Assembly (NCBI GenBank): GCA_918797485.1
Contig: CAKKNE010000005.1
Location: forward strand, 2,418,001-2,482,000
Reading direction: 5' to 3'
Source of the DNA: Pelagomonas calceolata
Lineage: Eukaryota
Length of the DNA: 64,000 nt
Shown here: positions 63,401 to 64,000 of the stretch, piece after piece
Layout of the letters: each line of letters starts with the position of its first letter
Numbering within the stretch: position 1 is the first letter of the stretch
Notes under the pieces: model-generated
Told to the model about the DNA's origin: nothing
The model's database searches: none
What the model saw: the letters and a program-made list of their open reading frames with translations, nothing else
Position numbers and translations under genes: made by a program

Positions 63401-64000
63401 GCCGCTTCGCCGAGCTCTTCCGGTAACAAATCGTTTGGCGTCCCGCTAAAGCCGAGTCGCTTCTCGAATAACAGCGACCCTCCGAGCGCTTGTCCCGACG
63501 CCGACAGCTTCGACGCGCGGACCACGAGAGCCGTCGGGAACGCGTGCTGGTCTAAATAACGGAACGCGGCCCGCGGGGCCTTGTGCAGGAGGCGAGCGAG
63601 TGCATCCACTTGAGCCGGGTCTCTCACGTCGAGAGAGTTCAGCGGCCAGAGCCGCTGCCAGATGTCGCGCTCGTCGTCATTTATAGGTTCCGCGAGGAGC
63701 GGCGACGCCGGGCTGGCGTCGCTGTCGCGGCGCGACAGCGAGTTGACGTCTCCGCGGACGCGGCCGCCCGCCGACTCTACTAATTCTTTGTACGCGAGCG
63801 CGGCCGGCCGTTTCGACGAAACGCCGTGCTGCTGAGCAAAGTCGTCCCGCAGACCGCGCAGCATCGCCGCAACCGCGTCGCGTCGCATGCCTTCGTGGCG
63901 GAGTGCGAGGATCGTTAGACCGATCGCTACCTCTGGTTGCGAGTACTCGGACGCTTCGGAGGGCACGTCCTTGCCGATGAAGGGTACGGCGAGCAGCTTC
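60484..64000 (-). CDS. Large DUF3638/DUF3645-type helicase-like protein with EF-hands and a C-terminal Vps62-like domain (5' end outside window)
   Basis: LLAVPFIGKDVPSEASEYSQPEV, GFSGTP, LIDAGALI, FYDQAHCTGMD, QAAYRMRG, (EQ)n tract at about 62410-62475, EF-hands DADGDGILTRGE and DADEDGMISRDE, YVWTPVAPEGFTAIG. Confidence 0.8.
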   Translation of the reverse strand, partial: KLLAVPFIGKDVPSEASEYSQPEVAIGLTILALRHEGMRRDAVAAMLRGLRDDFAQQHGVSSKRPAALAYKELVESAGGRVRGDVNSLSRRDSDASPASPLLAEPINDDERDIWQRLWPLNSLDVRDPAQVDALARLLHKAPRAAFRYLDQHAFPTALVVRASKLSASGQALGGSLLFEKRLGFSGTPNDLLPEELGEAAFAAGDDARILETLTDPTVAEVWPLDDNWSPNSFLEQVAKSGAHALIDAGALITGLNNLGVATELLKLLPETYQAVVYLDGAGKKMVLKRGVDRPLPLASAGVDMARRFTFYDQAHCTGMDIKQTSVCVAIVSVSKDMSFRDLAQAAYRMRGVGRGQTLRYALIPEVRAQIKTAGSELALGDIAAYLYAQGFSTEIAQGRLLTIQTCNSVWRKQAFAKLLAEAGSPPDPACVEIFSEAVDTSVPNSLEGPPDQLDELKRLVESRRPRWLQDERSAQVVALSIARAEADGGGGADDAAAALEDEKEEEAEQEQEQEQEQEQEQEQEQEQEQEVEEPLPGDYDRDHEGETPWEVSLLDAPAWKGGVFRPWTEVRPVAATRKKGVVDAPGGLPKDLYLTANYLPPTTTRRRIKNIVVVLECDGGAAAGVCAPSPADKASVDRALVEADGDEKDLARILDVDASVLAGGDKTTLRQRAERAVACSSAESRRFVVVSLAEAEALRALCHSGGGAALRLRGLSATNAAFDGDSSVEASILGTTTTITTVDGQLDRRTARVLSFCDVDLDPSHGAVEQLRRCLGNEEKAAVATRCDWWEALRGCKRRSRRAWVSTPLAPLFGKATSTEAGDRGDDARATLVRCAAELDRRSMSPADCFEAFDADGDGILTRGELAVGLRWLLSRARPATCLAVAVFMDADEDGMISRDEFVKAFDAKDPAPTAPPAAAVSAQDVLKCCSFSIDSITTKAVALWDARGCLANARGSRSEASIWTADLADPHWKRGMLGTATLSVPLGVFGHGSRKNPTNAKLLTISARRFKRVDVTAVRDRWLPTAVAFRRLWEITTGRTSLYVWTPVAPEGFTAIGLGVSTTPEPPALDSVRCLPQAWVVPATAKPRLLFDNVGMQSRKPGGLWRIGSMGLLALGRDRDPPELALDLNPAFTSIAPDAAAPPLPRNMPVAYAHAAPASAAGTLPVATAF

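Overview
Gene-dense, GC-rich eukaryotic nuclear DNA with about 45 protein-coding genes, few and short introns, and tiny or overlapping spacers between convergent genes. Bipartite plastid presequences (signal peptide plus AF motif), a mitochondrial F1-ATPase beta gene and a flagellar CFAP52-like gene indicate a photosynthetic flagellated stramenopile. It is most likely a pelagophyte (Pelagomonas/Aureococcus-like); this is an inference. I found no rRNA, tRNA, CRISPR or autonomous transposon. Manual reading adds several things the ORF track misses. (1) Eight coding-region introns, three of them GC-AG, several from intron-generating transposon (introner) families; one is intact, with a 15-bp TIR and 8-bp TSD, and splices out precisely via a GC donor. 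(2) A dyad-symmetric paired-CTAG element of about 24 bp in about 10 promoter regions. (3) A strand-oriented element of about 20-65 bp downstream of stop codons. (4) A mini-paralog of an 8-repeat annexin-WWE gene that keeps only both ends, joined across an intron. (5) Several unusual protein architectures. All coordinates and splice models were read by eye and need RNA-seq confirmation.
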